A DNA stretch of 62,523 bases, filler included, from Sphacelaria rigidula (lineage: Eukaryota): the NCBI GenBank assembly GCA_964200075.2. It is 11 parts of 11 records of this genome, joined end to end, with 100 filler letters (N's around TTAATTAATTAA, not from the genome) between each part and the next. Parts side by side here need not be neighbours in the genome. Positions count along the whole stretch, not along the records: positions 22,773 to 28,365 come from CAXNAA020026024.1; positions 28,466 to 34,058 come from CAXNAA020026025.1; positions 34,159 to 39,751 come from CAXNAA020026026.1; 8 more parts are not named here. The stretch is one strand, 5' to 3'. Within the stretch, counting starts at the first letter, position 1. Each line of letters opens with the position of its first letter. Below the pieces are notes generated by a model, which worked only from the letters and a program-made list of their open reading frames with translations, had not been told where the DNA came from and did not search any database. Of the stretch, positions 25,245-38,400 are shown piece by piece. The translations under genes and the position numbers were made by a program.

Positions 25245-27649
25245 TTTGCTTCTGCTCCCTGCCCGCTCTATCCCGATGATCTCGGCCGCCGGCAACGCTC
25301 ACACACGTCTATGTACAATACACGGGCGCGCGGTAGTGACAGCCTGTAGCCGAAGTAGCAACATTATCTCACGCCTCACCAAATTTGTCCGGACTACTAG
25401 TGGTACTCGAGGCACACGACATGGAACATGATCCCATGAATGTAATTATGATAGGTGATGAGCTTGGAGGAGCGGTGTGTCCGTCATCTCAGCGGTCTCT
25501 TGGCCAAGAATATCTGTACACGGCAGCTGATCGCATCCGCCAATGCCTCGGCAATAAACTAGGGGACAGCTGGCTGGGTGCCCCCCCCCTACCCCCCCCC
25601 CCCTCAAAAACTCGAATTTTCGATCTTGGGGCCAACGTGTCCCGGAATATATTTTTGACAGGCCCTTGGTGTAGACCTTCATTTCAGAGTAATAGGGCCC
25701 AGCCGAGACCACTCCGGTTTCACCGCCGAAATCCGAGACCGCAACGTCACATCACAAACACCGCTAATTCAGCCATCTTTGCGACCCTCTTGCTCGTGTG
25801 GTAGATCGCTTGGTCATCGTACGCACGAGGCCGGTGCATATATGCCTGCACAACCGCGACATCTCATCGAACTAAGTACACGCTGTTCTTTTTATCCCGT
25901 CATGTTTTGTTTTCCAGGGTGCAAGGAGATCGATCTCCGAAGCAGCGGCGAGCCCGAAAGGCCTCAGCCGTCGCAGTATGCAGTAGGTGAACACCTGAAG
26001 TAAAAAAAACAAGAGTGGCGGAGAGAAGTGAAGCCGATGGGGAAAGCGAGTCGCTTCGGTCTCACCAGATAGTGAGGACGTCGTATGTGTGAGCCAGCGC
26101 AGCGTACCTATAGACGCGGTGAGCAACTGGGACTTGGAGCCAGTTCTGCTGGCTAGCCAGTGGAGGTGTTGAGTTTCCTAGGGCCGAAGCTCACGTGAGT
26201 AGGGCGGCGTGTGCACTGCTCCAAGTTTATAGAGGGCTTGAGTCTGTTCGACCCCCATACTTGCCTTGAGCAAAGGTGCCGAACGCTCGAGGCGCCTACT
26301 CCTACATGATTGCAGCGAGGCAGCCTAGGCGAGCCTCCGGGTAATCGGCACACGAACCCGCTAGCGAGGTACGTGTTGAGTCAAGTTCCCTCCTTCCTTC
26401 AAGGAAAACAAGAATAAGTGGCGTTTAGTTTGTAGTCCACGCTGCCCTCGTCAGCCCCTGATATGTAGAGAGCTAACAATAAGAGTCCACCACCTCGTCA
26501 GCACCAGTAGTAAGACAACACCCGGCTATCAGCATAACACGAGACCCCTGCCCCATAATCAAACGGAAGCGTCTCCGTCTTCCTACTGTGAAGACACAAC
26601 AAAAGCTACGTACTTCTACGGTGAGAAGGCTACATTTTACATTACTAAAGTATAGGAGGACACGTAAGATTGTTATCACATCCGAAACCCCGGGACTTTA
26701 ACAATCGATTCCACAATACCACCATCTATCGTATATCCCCCTGACGCAACACCGCACCGTCTCCCTCATGGGTCCAGACTCAGCCTTATCTTCTAACTAC
26801 CCTAGATATCGACATTTTCGATGCAGCTTGAACAATAACTACAATATGGTAACCCACGCTGTGGTAGTAAATACAACACTAGGGCAATCTTTATCTGTAA
26901 GGGGGATGAAACGCTGCATCGACTTCTCAAACTTCGTTGTACAAACGCCATGCCACCATCAATCCTAGAACGTGCAAGTCCAACAATCGGCTCCTCTCGC
27001 CCTCGCCCCGATCCTCTCCCCCCCCATACTTTCCATCCAACTTAAACGTTAGGGAAGCCTAGCCAGCACACGAGTACGTATATATGAATATTGGGCTACA
27101 CGTATCCGGTACTGATACAAGATACACGGAACATGAACCAACAATCAATCTGCCGGGCGAGCGAGTACTTTCACTTTTTCTCAGGTGGTTGTGGAGCTAC
27201 GTCCTTCTATACCCTCGTCTTTCATTTTCAATCCGAACGATTTCGTTGCCATCTTTTTAGTCTCATTACCCCTCTCTCGCCTACGAGGATATTCCGGTGT
27301 AAACATTTCTACACGCACTTCTCTCTTGAACAACTTCAGCAGGTCATTTTCTGCAATGGTCTAACAATGATCAGTCCAAACGAGTGCAATCTGTTGAGGG
27401 CTAAGGGCTCAGTCACACTGGCACCTTGCCTTCTGTCTGAAAACGGAATACAAATTCTTCCAGAGGAAGCGGTGCGGCGCTCTCGAGATCTTGAAAGGAG
27501 TTCACGACCTTGGCCGCATCGCGTATCGTTTCCGACATGACCTTGATCTGCATTTTCAAGCAAGGGACCGCGGGGCGAATGAAAACACATACACACGCAC
27601 ACACACAAAGCACGATGTTGTAACATGGCTGACAGTGAAGGGACAGGGG

Positions 27650-27717
27650 GCGGGGGCGTACTCCGTCGCTGCTTGCCTTAGTCGTTGGAACATTGACCAC
27701 GCATCCCTTTCGAGACG
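27650..27717 (-). mobile_element. G/C-tract-associated retroposon fragment
   Basis: GGGGGCGTACTC...TGCTTGCCTTAGTCG...CATTGACCACGCATCCCTTTCGAGACG. Confidence 0.75.
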
Positions 27718-28865
27718 TCACAAGGCAGGAGGAGAAGTGAATGTCTAGAGAAAGTTTCAGACGAAACTTGTTTGGAGGAGACTCTAGCGTCCTGGACAAG
27801 AGTATAGCACTACAAAGATAGTACTCCTGATGAATCGTGTATCATGCCAGGTGTGCAATGATAAATCCTTGCACAGCAGGTGAGTAGCAACTGATATGGA
27901 GGAAAATCGTTATTGATCGGCTTGACGTGTGGCGAATTACAAATCCTATGCCACACACGGCACTCTCCTGACTACCCTTTGCAAAGGTGACACGCATTTG
28001 ATCTCACACACACTACATGGCCTATATAGCCTGGTGGGCTTCACACATCCGTTGCTGGAGCTTGAACTTCTACGTGGTCTGACAGTACCGTGCTTGGAGA
28101 TGGCACATCCTTGCCCAGTCGAGTCGGTCACGTCACGACCTTAATGCTGCAGTAACCTCAGGTGGACATCAATGATGCCACCCATGATCACATATAGCAC
28201 GGAGTTGTTTGTGAGCAATGAGAAAGGAGAGCTCTGAGGACAAATGCAACTAGGTGAGTACTTGTTTCTTCAGTAGAGCCGGATTCACGATACCTGCAGG
28301 GTATCTGGCAAATCTATTTTTGAGTCATGCTAAGATATAGTGTGTGTGTAGGGGGGGGAAGGGGGNNNNNNNNNNNNNNNNNNNNNNNNNNNNNNNNNNN
28401 NNNNNNNNNTTAATTAATTAANNNNNNNNNNNNNNNNNNNNNNNNNNNNNNNNNNNNNNNNNNNNCCCGCCGAAAAGACCCTCCCCACGCCGTACCGGCA
28501 AGACCGGTCATGGCCTTCGTCGGAGGACGGGGAACGGAGTTAAAGTAAGACTCAATGAGACAGGTGGTTGATTGGGTTATTCATCCGGCCAAGACGAAAC
28601 ATAAGCCACAGTCTCTTCTCAAAGCAGAGTACTGAAGGTGAGGGAGGAGAGTGATTGCAAGGGCGGTGAAAACCACCGATTCCGAGTATCCAGCTCGCAC
28701 GCTGGATTCTCACTCAACCTACGATACTGACAAGCAATGGCAGCACACTGTCGTATCCTACGATCTTACGTGATATCTAACATCAAGGACCCACATAATA
28801 GACAGGTACTTTTACCCTTGGTCAATGTTGGGGGCTCCTATTTGAACCGGAACCTATTGTGCCGC

Positions 28866-29625
28866 TCATTTGCTACAAAGCAAAAAACTCACACAGAAAC
28901 GGACAGCTAGATTACTGGCTTTATGAACTTCCAACAGGATGTAAGGTTTAGGATCGCGCAAGCTGCGCATGTCTACCCCCAAGAGGTAGCCGACATAGTG
29001 CAGATTGCGAAATGGGGTCATCGTAACATTCTGCGGGGCACAGCGCGGAGAAAGAAGCACGGGGTAACAATGACCATTGCAGTCTGCAACGTACGGAACC
29101 CCCGAACACGATACACGCCGCGCACACTTCAGCAACTACCGGCGATATCGAGCTGAGTCTACACACCAGCTGCTCTGGAAGTGTATATGAAACTGGATGC
29201 CGACGAGTCAATGCATTCCAACTATTGTAAATGATCGTGGAACGCAGCTGTCTCGTAGAACCCATCCTTTTACGGCACTCAGCGGCTTGATTTCCTCTTT
29301 CTCGTCATGAGCGAATCGGGTGCCGAGGACGTCCGTCAGCGGCCATTCCTCGTCCCGGAGAGCCACGGCGTTCTCCAGTGTCACGAGGTAGCTCATGATG
29401 GTCGGTTCCCGTGGGAGAGGTTTCTCCCGCAGGTGGCTTCAGCACGTTCTACAGGAAATATTGCGTTACGTACGTGCTGAGGTCATGCCACATCCTGTTC
29501 GCCAAGGCGGCGTTCGCGTTCGCGCCTTCGTTCCCGCTGAGGTCGGGCACAGCTTCTATTTCCACTTCATGTCTCCCAGTGCGATTTCGAGCTGGCTCTG
29601 AGTGGTCACTGCCACCCTCATGTAG
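28866..29625 (-). pseudogene. Decayed intronless ORF of unknown family
   Basis: Overlapping minus-strand ORF pieces with protein-like composition (ANAALANRMWHDLSTYVTQYFL; MSYLVTLENAVALRDEEWPLTDVLG; LHYVGYLLGVDMRSLRDPKPYILLEVH), broken by stops and frameshifts. Confidence 0.4.
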
Positions 29626-29638
29626 GCCTGCCGAATGT

Positions 29639-32610
29639 ATTGATTGATGATTGATTGATTGTCGCACTTTAACTGATCCCCCAGGGGTCCAGCCGTGATC
29701 TCATGATGGACGTACCCAAGAAAAACGGAATTCCAGCACGCTCTAAGGAAAAAAAATGAAAAAGGAACAGAAAACAATAGGAACAGAAAAAAAGAAGAAA
29801 AAAAAAGAGGGATCAAACAGAACGACAGAGCAGACTAAGTCGTGACAAAAAACAAAACATTCAACACAAGCAAAGCGCAGAAAGAAATGGCCGACCTAAA
29901 GGAAGAAAGAGGAAAACAAGAGGAAACACGCAAATTAAATAAAAAAATACAATGGAACGATGGGGAGAAAAAAAAAGGAAAAAAAAAAAACCTTAGAGAT
30001 TCATGGCAGGAGAGAAGATGCAGAAACACACCACCGGGCACCCCCCCGCCTCNNNNNNNNNNAAAACGAAAAAAGAAAGGGCCGACAAAAAAGAAGAAAA
30101 AAAAAAAAAAGAGGAAAAACGCAAATAAAAAAAAAAAATACAATGGAACGATGGGGAAAAAAAAAAAGGAAAAAAAAAAAAGCCTTAGAGATTCATGGCA
30201 GCAGAGTAGATGCAGACACACACCAGTGGGCACCGCGAAGCCACCGACTAAAGATATAATCAACAGCCGGTATGAGAGGACAGGATTTTCTGATTGGCAG
30301 CCCTCGACGTAGCAGCCTCTCGCTTGTGACGTTGGTCTAATTCTTGCTTGTGCGCGCGTCGCCACATGTCCTCAAACTCTTCCGCTCCCTTTTCGACTCC
30401 AATATGCCATTTGTACAGGTCCTTCGCCGCAGTGACCCAATCGTATGCATCGTTGACCTCTACACCGTAGACAAACCACTTTCGTTGGGCTCCTTTGTGC
30501 GGGACCGCTCCTAGCGCACGTAGGTTATCCTTTAGGGTATCCTCCCATTGCTTGGGGGCGCGGCCGATCTCTTTGGGTCCTTGTGTGGAAAGCCGACCGT
30601 TCATGACACGCTTGGGGAGGTGTGTGTCCTTCTGCCAGACAAGGGCTCCCGCGAACCAGAGTTGACGTTTGCGGATAGTCGTCTCGATACGTTCGCAGTT
30701 GGTCATCTCGAGCACCGCTTTGTACGAAATAATCTTGTAGCCATTTCGATCCTTCCTGCGGAATCCAACCACTCGCAGCAAGAGCTTGTGATGAGCAGTG
30801 CGCAGACTGTCAAAGTCCTTAGAACGTAGCGTCCATGTGGCACACCCATACAACAGAGTTTCCACCACCTCAGCTTTAAGCAGTCGAACTTTCAAGGATA
30901 GCTCGGCGTTGGGTCGGTCGTAGAGTTGGAAGCTATATTTTCGGATACGCGCCCACCCCGCGCTGATACGGCGGTTGATTTCGGTGGACATTTTCGCATC
31001 CGCGCTGATAGCTCCACCAAGGTAGATGAACTTCCCCGTCTGCTTATACCGTTGACCGGCAGCTCGGATATCCAGGGTGGCCTCCGTGGAACTGGGTGCT
31101 GACCAAAGGCGCATGGACGCTGTCTTGGTCTCGGAGATCATCAGGCCAAATTCCTGGCAGGTCATCACTATCATAGCCATCATTCGAGCAAGGCCTTCTG
31201 AGATCTTCGGGGCTATGCCGGCGTCGTCCGCATAAAGCATTGCCCACACCGCGCGACGCACATTTTCCAGTGGTGTCTCTTCGACGGGTTCACCACCGAC
31301 ACCTCGTGGCGCATCATCTAGAAAGACCAAGTCTGAGACGATGAGTGGGTCCGCCGCAAACCGTTGGACGATCACTTCCACCAAGCCTGCTCCGAAGATG
31401 TTGAACAACAGCGGAGACGAAACGCAACCTTGTCTGAGTCCCTGGCAGACGTCGAACCACGCTGATAGTTCGCCACTATCTAGCTGTACTCGAGCTCTCA
31501 TGCCGTCGTGAAACATACGGATGATCTTGATCATTCGCGACGGGACTCCGAACCGAGCAAGCATTTCCCACAGGAGCGTGCGGTCTACAGCATCGTAGGC
31601 TTTCTGCAGATCGATAAAGCACATGTTTATTGGGATGTTGCTCGCCCGTCCCAGCTCCTGGAGTCGGCGTACTACGAACATCATGTCTATGGTCGATCTT
31701 TGGCGCCTAAATCCACACTGCTCTTCCGGGAAGACATCTGTTTCCTCACAAAAATCACCGAGCCTGTTGGCTACGATTTTGAGGAGAACTTCAGCAGTGT
31801 GTGCCACAAGTGAAATGCCCCTGTAGTTACTACACTGGCTCCTATCTTGTTTTTTGTGTAGCACTCTGATGGTGACATCTTTCCATTCTTGCGGCACCTC
31901 GCCAGATGTCCAAACCGCAGAGACGATGTCGTGGAAGTGGTACAAAATGTCCGACGCCTCCCCGTTGAGTCCAAGCTTCAGGATTTCAGCAGGAATACCA
32001 TCCGGACCGGTTGCTTTGTCGTTCGACATAGCTCTCAGAGCCTCCACAGTTTCACTTGGGCTTGGTGGGTCTCCTAGTGACAACGCTATTGGTCGTTGAG
32101 CAATCTTCTCGATGATGTTGCGGTCGATTGTTGCCGATATGGCGTTCAGCAATATAGAAAAGTACCGTTCCCATCTCCCACTGGTCAAACCTCTGTCCCG
32201 CAGTAGATTACCGTCCTCATCTCGAGTGTATTGTTCACTCTCGATTGGTCGTCCAGACAGTCTCCACACTTGAGATATCTGTACCATCCTCTCATGTCCC
32301 CCGCTCGGGTATGCTCCTCTAGTTCTCTAGCATACACATCCATATATTTGTCAACCCCAGCTTGGATCACTTTATTTTATTTTTTTGCATGCTGTTCGCA
32401 ATGTGCGCCATGCGAGTTTATCTCGAGATGACCCCAGTCTCACCTTTGATCTCGCCCTTTCTCTCTCCATCCAAGCGATTTCAAATTCCGCTTTGATTTC
32501 AGCATCCTCGAACCACCCCGGTATACGTGGCTTTCGGTTCAGACGGGGTACCACCTTTTCAGCGGCACTCAAGAGTACGTCGGCAAAGTTCGTGGCCAGT
32601 GAGCTGACGT
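29639..32610 (-). mobile_element. 5'-truncated RTE-like non-LTR retrotransposon (LINE) with 3' UTR and (CAAT)n tail
   Basis: RT ORF plus upstream tether-region fragments; tail (TTGA)n on + strand at 29639-29661; no endonuclease domain retained. Confidence 0.93.
30260..32572 (-). pseudogene. LINE ORF2 reverse transcriptase (open 30260-32287; two frameshifts upstream near 32270 and 32370)
   Basis: Motifs KATGPDGIPAE, NYRGISL, EEQCGFR, FIDLQKAYDAV, GLRQGCVSSPLLFN, LYADD, FIYLG, LLYGCATW, RQLWFAG. Confidence 0.95.
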
Positions 32611-33089
32611 ATCACCAGGTATACTCTGTTCGAGCTCGCTGATGATGAGCTGGGGGAGCTGGTCGCGTCTGACTGGGTCAGATACTTTTGTCTATCTGTC
32701 GATCGGTGTACGCCCAATTGGGATTCGCCTAGATGTGTTGTGTGCGAAGCGACCAAGGAGCCGTACTGAGGCGCACACGATGTTGTGGTCAGAGTCCGGC
32801 GAGAGTAGCTGAGAATGAGTTGGATGGAATTTGCATGGTCCTGGGAACAGGTGTTATCTGGCGTGGTGGTCTGTAAGATAGGAGTCAAGTGCCGCTTCGT
32901 GCCTTTCGACCGCATGTTTTCGATCGAACACGATTGTTTTCAACCTCGTTGCATTCTTTTCCGTGCGCCCCTAATTATAATTTTGAGTTGAAGCCTTCCG
33001 AGAACATAAATGCGATGCACGTATTAGATCAGCGAAAAACAAATCGACCGCACTTTTTTCGATCGAAAAATAAAGTGCTAAGGGCGTGT

Positions 33090-33798
33090 CTTAGGCCAAC
33101 CTTAAAGGAAGCTCTTCAAAAATTCCTGTTCAAAACTGCCTTTCGGGCCCTTCTCCGTCGATTTACGCCCGAAAAGAGGGCTAGGCGGCTGTTGACGCTT
33201 TGGAATGACTTGCTCTACTCGTTGAGACCGTTCTATTATAGGGCAACTTTTGCATTCCCCGCTGGCCGCACTTTAGTTTTTGGCCAAACCAGGCCAAACA
33301 CGGATTTTCAGTATAAAACGGTCAGATGATCAAAATTTCCCCCCTTTTGTTGATCGCTCGACCGTTTTTGGTTGAAAATCCGTGTTTGGCCAAGAATGAA
33401 AGCCAAGAATGAAAGTGCGGCCAGGGGGAAATGCAAAACTTGCCCTGGAATGGTCTCAATGAGTAGAGCAAATCATTCCAAGGCGTCAATTTCCGCCTAG
33501 CCCTCTTTTCAGGCGAAAAACGACGGAGAAGGACCAAAAAGGCAGTTTTAATCAAGAATTTTGAACGGCTCCCATTAGAGTCGGTCTTAGGCCAACTCTA
33601 GTGGGAGCCGTTCAAAATTTCTGTCGAAAACTGCCTTTTGTGCCCTTCTCCGTCGATTCACGTCCGAAAAGAGGGCTAGGCGGATGTTGACACCTTGGAA
33701 TGCCTTGCTCTACTAGAGTCGGTCTAAGACCGACTCTAATGGGAGCCGTTCAGAATTCCTGTTGAAAACTACCTTTTTGGCCAAGACCGACTTTAATG
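33090..33798. repeat. Foldback element (~245-bp arms, centre ~33340) followed by partial re-iterations
   Basis: 33090-33335 is the inverted match of 33345-33590; AAAACTGCCTTT..GCCCTTCTCCGTCGATT.ACG.CCGAAAAGAGGGCTAGGCGG recurs at 33627-33713. Confidence 0.85.
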
Positions 33799-33800
33799 GT

Positions 33801-34058
33801 GCCGCGCCCCAGTGGTGTAATGGTCCGACTATCGCCATAGGGGTGGAGAGAACGGGGGTTCGATTTCCGATGCGTTGGGTTTTTTCTTCGTAACGTATGA
33901 TTTCCACCGTTGAAAGCATGAGAACGTGAGTAAACAAGGTAGTCAACTGGGTTTGTGTGACGTGAATTGACGCGGTGCGGGAGTGCTGACCCAATTCGCG
34001 AGACCAAAATGAAGGGCGCGTACCAGGGGAGAGGCGGGTTGATCCCTTGAGACCACGG
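33801..34058 (+). mobile_element. tRNA-derived SINE (cut by scaffold end)
   Basis: A box TGGTGTAATGG (33813-33823), B box GGTTCGATTTC (~33857-33867); body homologous to 17521-17836. Confidence 0.78.
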
Positions 34059-34200
34059 NNNNNNNNNNNNNNNNNNNNNNNNNNNNNNNNNNNNNNNNNN
34101 NNTTAATTAATTAANNNNNNNNNNNNNNNNNNNNNNNNNNNNNNNNNNNNNNNNNNNNTCCCTGCAGGTACCACGCCCCTGACCATAACCCCAACACTAA

Positions 34201-34248
34201 CCCTAACCCTAACCCTAACCCTAACCCTAACCCTAACCCTAACCCTAA
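34201..34248 (+). repeat. (CCCTAA)8 telomere-like tract inside a MITE
   Basis: Eight perfect units, flanked by the same sequences as the 24611-24821 element. Confidence 0.95.
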
Positions 34249-35386
34249 CCATGGGGATGTTCAAATTCCGATACGGTCCTCTAAGCACGCGGTCCACTCA
34301 CGCATTACAGGGGGGGCTATCTCGGCATTAGTCGCACGGCCCTCCGGAGGCGAGAATAAGCCTCCGGAGGCGTTCAACCCCTCTGGAGGGAACCAAAAAA
34401 TCTCCTCTGTAGGGCCGCGCACCCCTCCGGAGGCGTTTAATTCCTCTAGAGGCTCGAAAAGTGTACCCACCTGGAGGAAGTTTGAAGGTTGCCAAATGGC
34501 CGCGTGTGAAGGCCCACCTTCTCCACCATCATCACAGTCATTTCAGAATCAATATACTCCAACAAGTAAAGTGGGGCATCCATCATAACTGTAATGCTCA
34601 TCACAATGGACCATTCGCGAAGTATAAACGCTTTGTATCGCAATCAGAAGACCTCCCTAACGCTGCCACGGTGGTATCAGCATTCGCTTGGTTGCGATGA
34701 GTGAAAATTCAAATGCTCGGCGGGCTTCAGTTTCTTATTTTTGCCAGCTTCAGCTGTAAGAAGATGGTGTGAACGATTTGTAGTCTAGAAACGCACAAGT
34801 ATTAGTACACCTGGCTACATTGCCTTTCCGCTAGAGGTCATAACTTTTCGCACCACCGTTATGGGTGGCATGTTGGGAAATCATCACGATGCGGCCTTGT
34901 CTGTTGTTTGAAAGTGTTGCTTACTGCTGTACTGTACTGCTGTACAACCAACTGACTGCACGGTATCGACGTAGTTCACCGCATCGCCAATTACTGTTGC
35001 TCTGTAGCGTTCTGCATTGCACTCGCTGTACTGCACTGGCCGTACTCACCACTACACAACACTACAATACGCTGTGGTGCGCCGTGGTGGATTGACGTAC
35101 TACAGGTGCAATGAAGCATAGTGTACGGTACGTACGGTGCTTCAGAGTATGGCACAGTCAATGGTATGTCGACCTGTGCATTTTCGGACTCCACTCTGGT
35201 CGAGCGCACTTTTGGCGGCACAGCCTGCGGCCAATCACCGCGAAGAAAAGAACCCCACATCAAGCCACCACGTAACATCAGCTTCCGCCATGAACTTCTT
35301 AGGGTCCACTCAAGGATGCTCCCAAAAACAAGGAAACAGATCCTATGCCCCCTTTTTTTATCCTGGATTCTTCCGAAGGGGGAGGG

Positions 35387-35412
35387 TGCACTCATGATCA
35401 TACATGCCATAC
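35387..35412 (-). mobile_element. Very short G-tract-associated retroposon end with 10-bp TSD
   Basis: AGGGGGAGGG-TGCACTCATGATCATACATGCCATAC-AGGGGGAGGG; related copies at 36840-36883, 45051-45444, 51066-51137, 11435-11487. Confidence 0.65.
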
Positions 35413-38400
35413 AGGGGGAGGGGGGGGGGGGGGGGGGGAAAAAAAACAACCAAAAAAAAAAAAGAAAAAAAAAAAAAAAAAAAAAAAAAAAAACAGAAAA
35501 AAAAAAAAAAAAGCAGAAAANNNNNNNNNNGAAGATAAGAGAAGGGGGGGTGGGCTGGTGTAGAAGAGGAGAGAAGGGGGGGCGGAAGGCGGGGGGGGGG
35601 GGGGGGCTAAATATCACACACCAAAAATGAAGAATGAAAAATAAAAAGAGTAGAAAATAAAACGTACATGAAAAATATAAATTCGTGTACATGAAGCTTT
35701 AATTCTCCGCATACCTCCGGAGCCAAGTAAGGCCGAGTTATATTCATGGGTTTCGGCGATACATTGCTCATCACACTTCCACGACCAGATCAAGACCAGA
35801 CAAATACCACAATGCTCTGCAATGTTTGCTCAATCGAGCTGAACGCATCTATCTGAACCGTCAATTTGCGTCCAACGTGCTCCGCATCTTGTGGTGGCAG
35901 GTAGGGCCAACAATCATGGGCGCTACCTCATCCAAGTCGTCCCAAAATGGCTATTTTCTGGGTGTTTCTTACTGTGAGATTAAAAAAAAAATCCTACGAC
36001 CGCCGGAGGGAGGGGAGGTGCTCCGTTGGTAACCTCGAAACCTTCTGACGATTGGTCGTGGGTTCAACTCTCGGAGCGATCTGGGATTTTTTCTCACACC
36101 ATGCTCAACAGCGGAGAGCGACTACGTCGTGGGTACACAAATTCGACTCAACGGCCGACGAGGAAAAGGGACTGCTGAACCCCTCTCGCGATAAAAAATG
36201 AAGGCAAGCACCACAGAAGGAAGGTGGGGTACTAAAAACAAATGAAAAAGAAGCGCGTGTGTTGACCTTCTTCCTGTGTGACCCCGGCGGATGCGCCCAC
36301 ATGTACGGAAAAGGGTAGACTGGCGTCCAGAATAGATGGGACGACAACACATAACACACAACTGTAAGCACACGCTAGTGATGGAGACAAAGGAAAACAC
36401 GCACGGAATGAAAAATTGGCTAACTTGAAGCGCATGACCCAAGCCACTCTCAATCAGCGCTCAACTCTCAATCTCACGACAACGTTAAGGGCAGATCGGG
36501 TAGGTTATACTTCCTGTCCCCTAAGTCAAAATTTAATGTTTGTACGAGCCCTTACCCGTGTTCGATCTGATTTCGATGCTTTTTTCGAGCTCTCCACTGT
36601 TTTTTTAGTTGAAAGCACATTTTTGTTTCACAGCTCGCTGCTGAACTATGCAGCCGAGCAGGTGCAAAACAACAGTCGGCCAAAAAAAGGCCGTGTTTCG
36701 CCCCTTTCTCAGGGGCAAAACATTGGCTCCAGCGAACCCTTGGGCACCCTCACCTTGCCCGGTGGAATAGCGAGCGCATCCTACATCGCAATCGCACAGC
36801 GGCGACCCACTTATATCTCGCCACCCGTTCGGCGAGGGGTGTACTCATGATCATGTATGCCATAGTCATAAGGCCATTGACCTCGGGGGGGGGGGGGAAT
36901 CTCGGAGGCAAATCCATCGTACTGTGATGTCTGTGGGCTATGTTTGGGATATTTAACACGAATTCTCGGAAGAATTCTCAAAAAAGGCCAAAACAGGGTA
37001 TTTTCTGACCTGGTTCAAGTATTAAGTATTGGAAGCAAGGTCCTTTACTTTTTTTCGTTTTTTCATTTGCTTCGTATGCGTTCGATGTCCCTACAGAAGC
37101 CAACCATAATAAGGTCATCGTCAACACCGCTGCACCCAAACAAACAACCGCCCATAACCGACCAGACTTATGGGACAGAGGAAGTATGTACTTTTGAAAA
37201 CTCGGGTACGTACCGGAGTAGTGTGTAGACGTCCTTGAATAAATACTCGCGAATGTTGGGTAGATTGGGTACCATTTCAGTACGAGTACTTTACCCAAAT
37301 ACTAGGTAAGGCCATGTTTGAGTGCATCATATTTCGATCGAAGGAAGAGCGTGGTGCAATCGATTGGGGCGAAGTCGTTCATTTCTCGCGAGTCGGGTCC
37401 AAGTCAATTGGTAAGCTTATGATCGAAAAAAAACAGTGAAATTCGTGAAGCGGCACTCGTTAGCTTGTCTTCAGTACAGCATGGTACGGTCTGCCCTGTG
37501 TGCAGACAGTGTGCAGACGGTATGCCTGAGTGAATGTGTGTGCGTGTTTGGTACAGTAGGGCGTGAAAGAGAAGGGAGAAACATGCAGTGCAGACAGCGC
37601 AGGACTATCTGTGCTCTCCGTTTACAGTGCGGCATGAGAGGGTCTTGAACAACGTGCGGCTTTGTGCTGCGTGCACTGTCCATGAGTGCCCGCAAGTGGG
37701 CCGTCCTCCCTACCGCACGCATAGTTTCGTCGCCGATTCCCACCGCAAAAGGAGATGCTCAAGTTTCCACCAACAAAGAAAACACACATCATACCTAACC
37801 ATCACAGCGTATTTATCCATGTGCCCAACTCGTGCTCTATATTACAGGGTTGAGGGGAAGCTCAGAATGAGTTGTGTGGGGTTTGCATGGTTGTATGAAG
37901 GGGTGCTGTCTGGTGTGGTGTTTTGTAAGGTAGGAGTCAAGTGTCCCTTCGTACATTTCCGCCGCATGTTTTCGATCGAGAAAGCCAAGGACAGGTCGGG
38001 TAGGATATGTACTCGTGAATAATCGGGTAAAACACCCGGGTATTCATTATATCCAAGGTTTGGGTAGATTGGGTACGACCGCAAACACTAGAGCTCGTCG
38101 TAAATGGTTTGTCTAACCGCTAGCCGCTTGGATGGTTACGCGTAGTGTGCAATCAATGACCAATGAAGTGGTACATGATGGTTTGGTCATCGAGCGTTGA
38201 AGCCGCGAGCGAAAAAGCCCCCCTCCCCGGCAGAGGGGGCCTTGCTGGCAGCGCCGTGCCGGAGGCACGTTTTTACGCGATTGGGCTTCACTACAGGTAA
38301 AACGTACGTCAACTTTGGGCCAGTTTTCAACGGCAAACCCACAGCGCACTTGGGATTGCTCTGTTCATAGGATAGCCTGCGGTGGTCAGTAAGATACACC

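Noticed and set aside
29900..30245. Tandem duplication in the LINE 3' UTR and K/F-rich ORFs
   Set aside because: The duplicate copies flank a 10-N gap with homopolymer stutter, an assembly artefact; similar at 24830-24990 and 35415-35610.
30260..32287. Retron, DGR, group II intron or defence-type reverse transcriptase
   Set aside because: Motifs, C-terminal region, 3' UTR and tandem tail are those of a eukaryotic non-LTR element.
33801..33880. tRNA gene
   Set aside because: A and B boxes are present but there is no convincing cloverleaf, and it continues into a repeat body shared with 17521-17836.
34201..34248. True telomere near a scaffold end
   Set aside because: Flanked on both sides by MITE sequence matching the 24611-24821 element.
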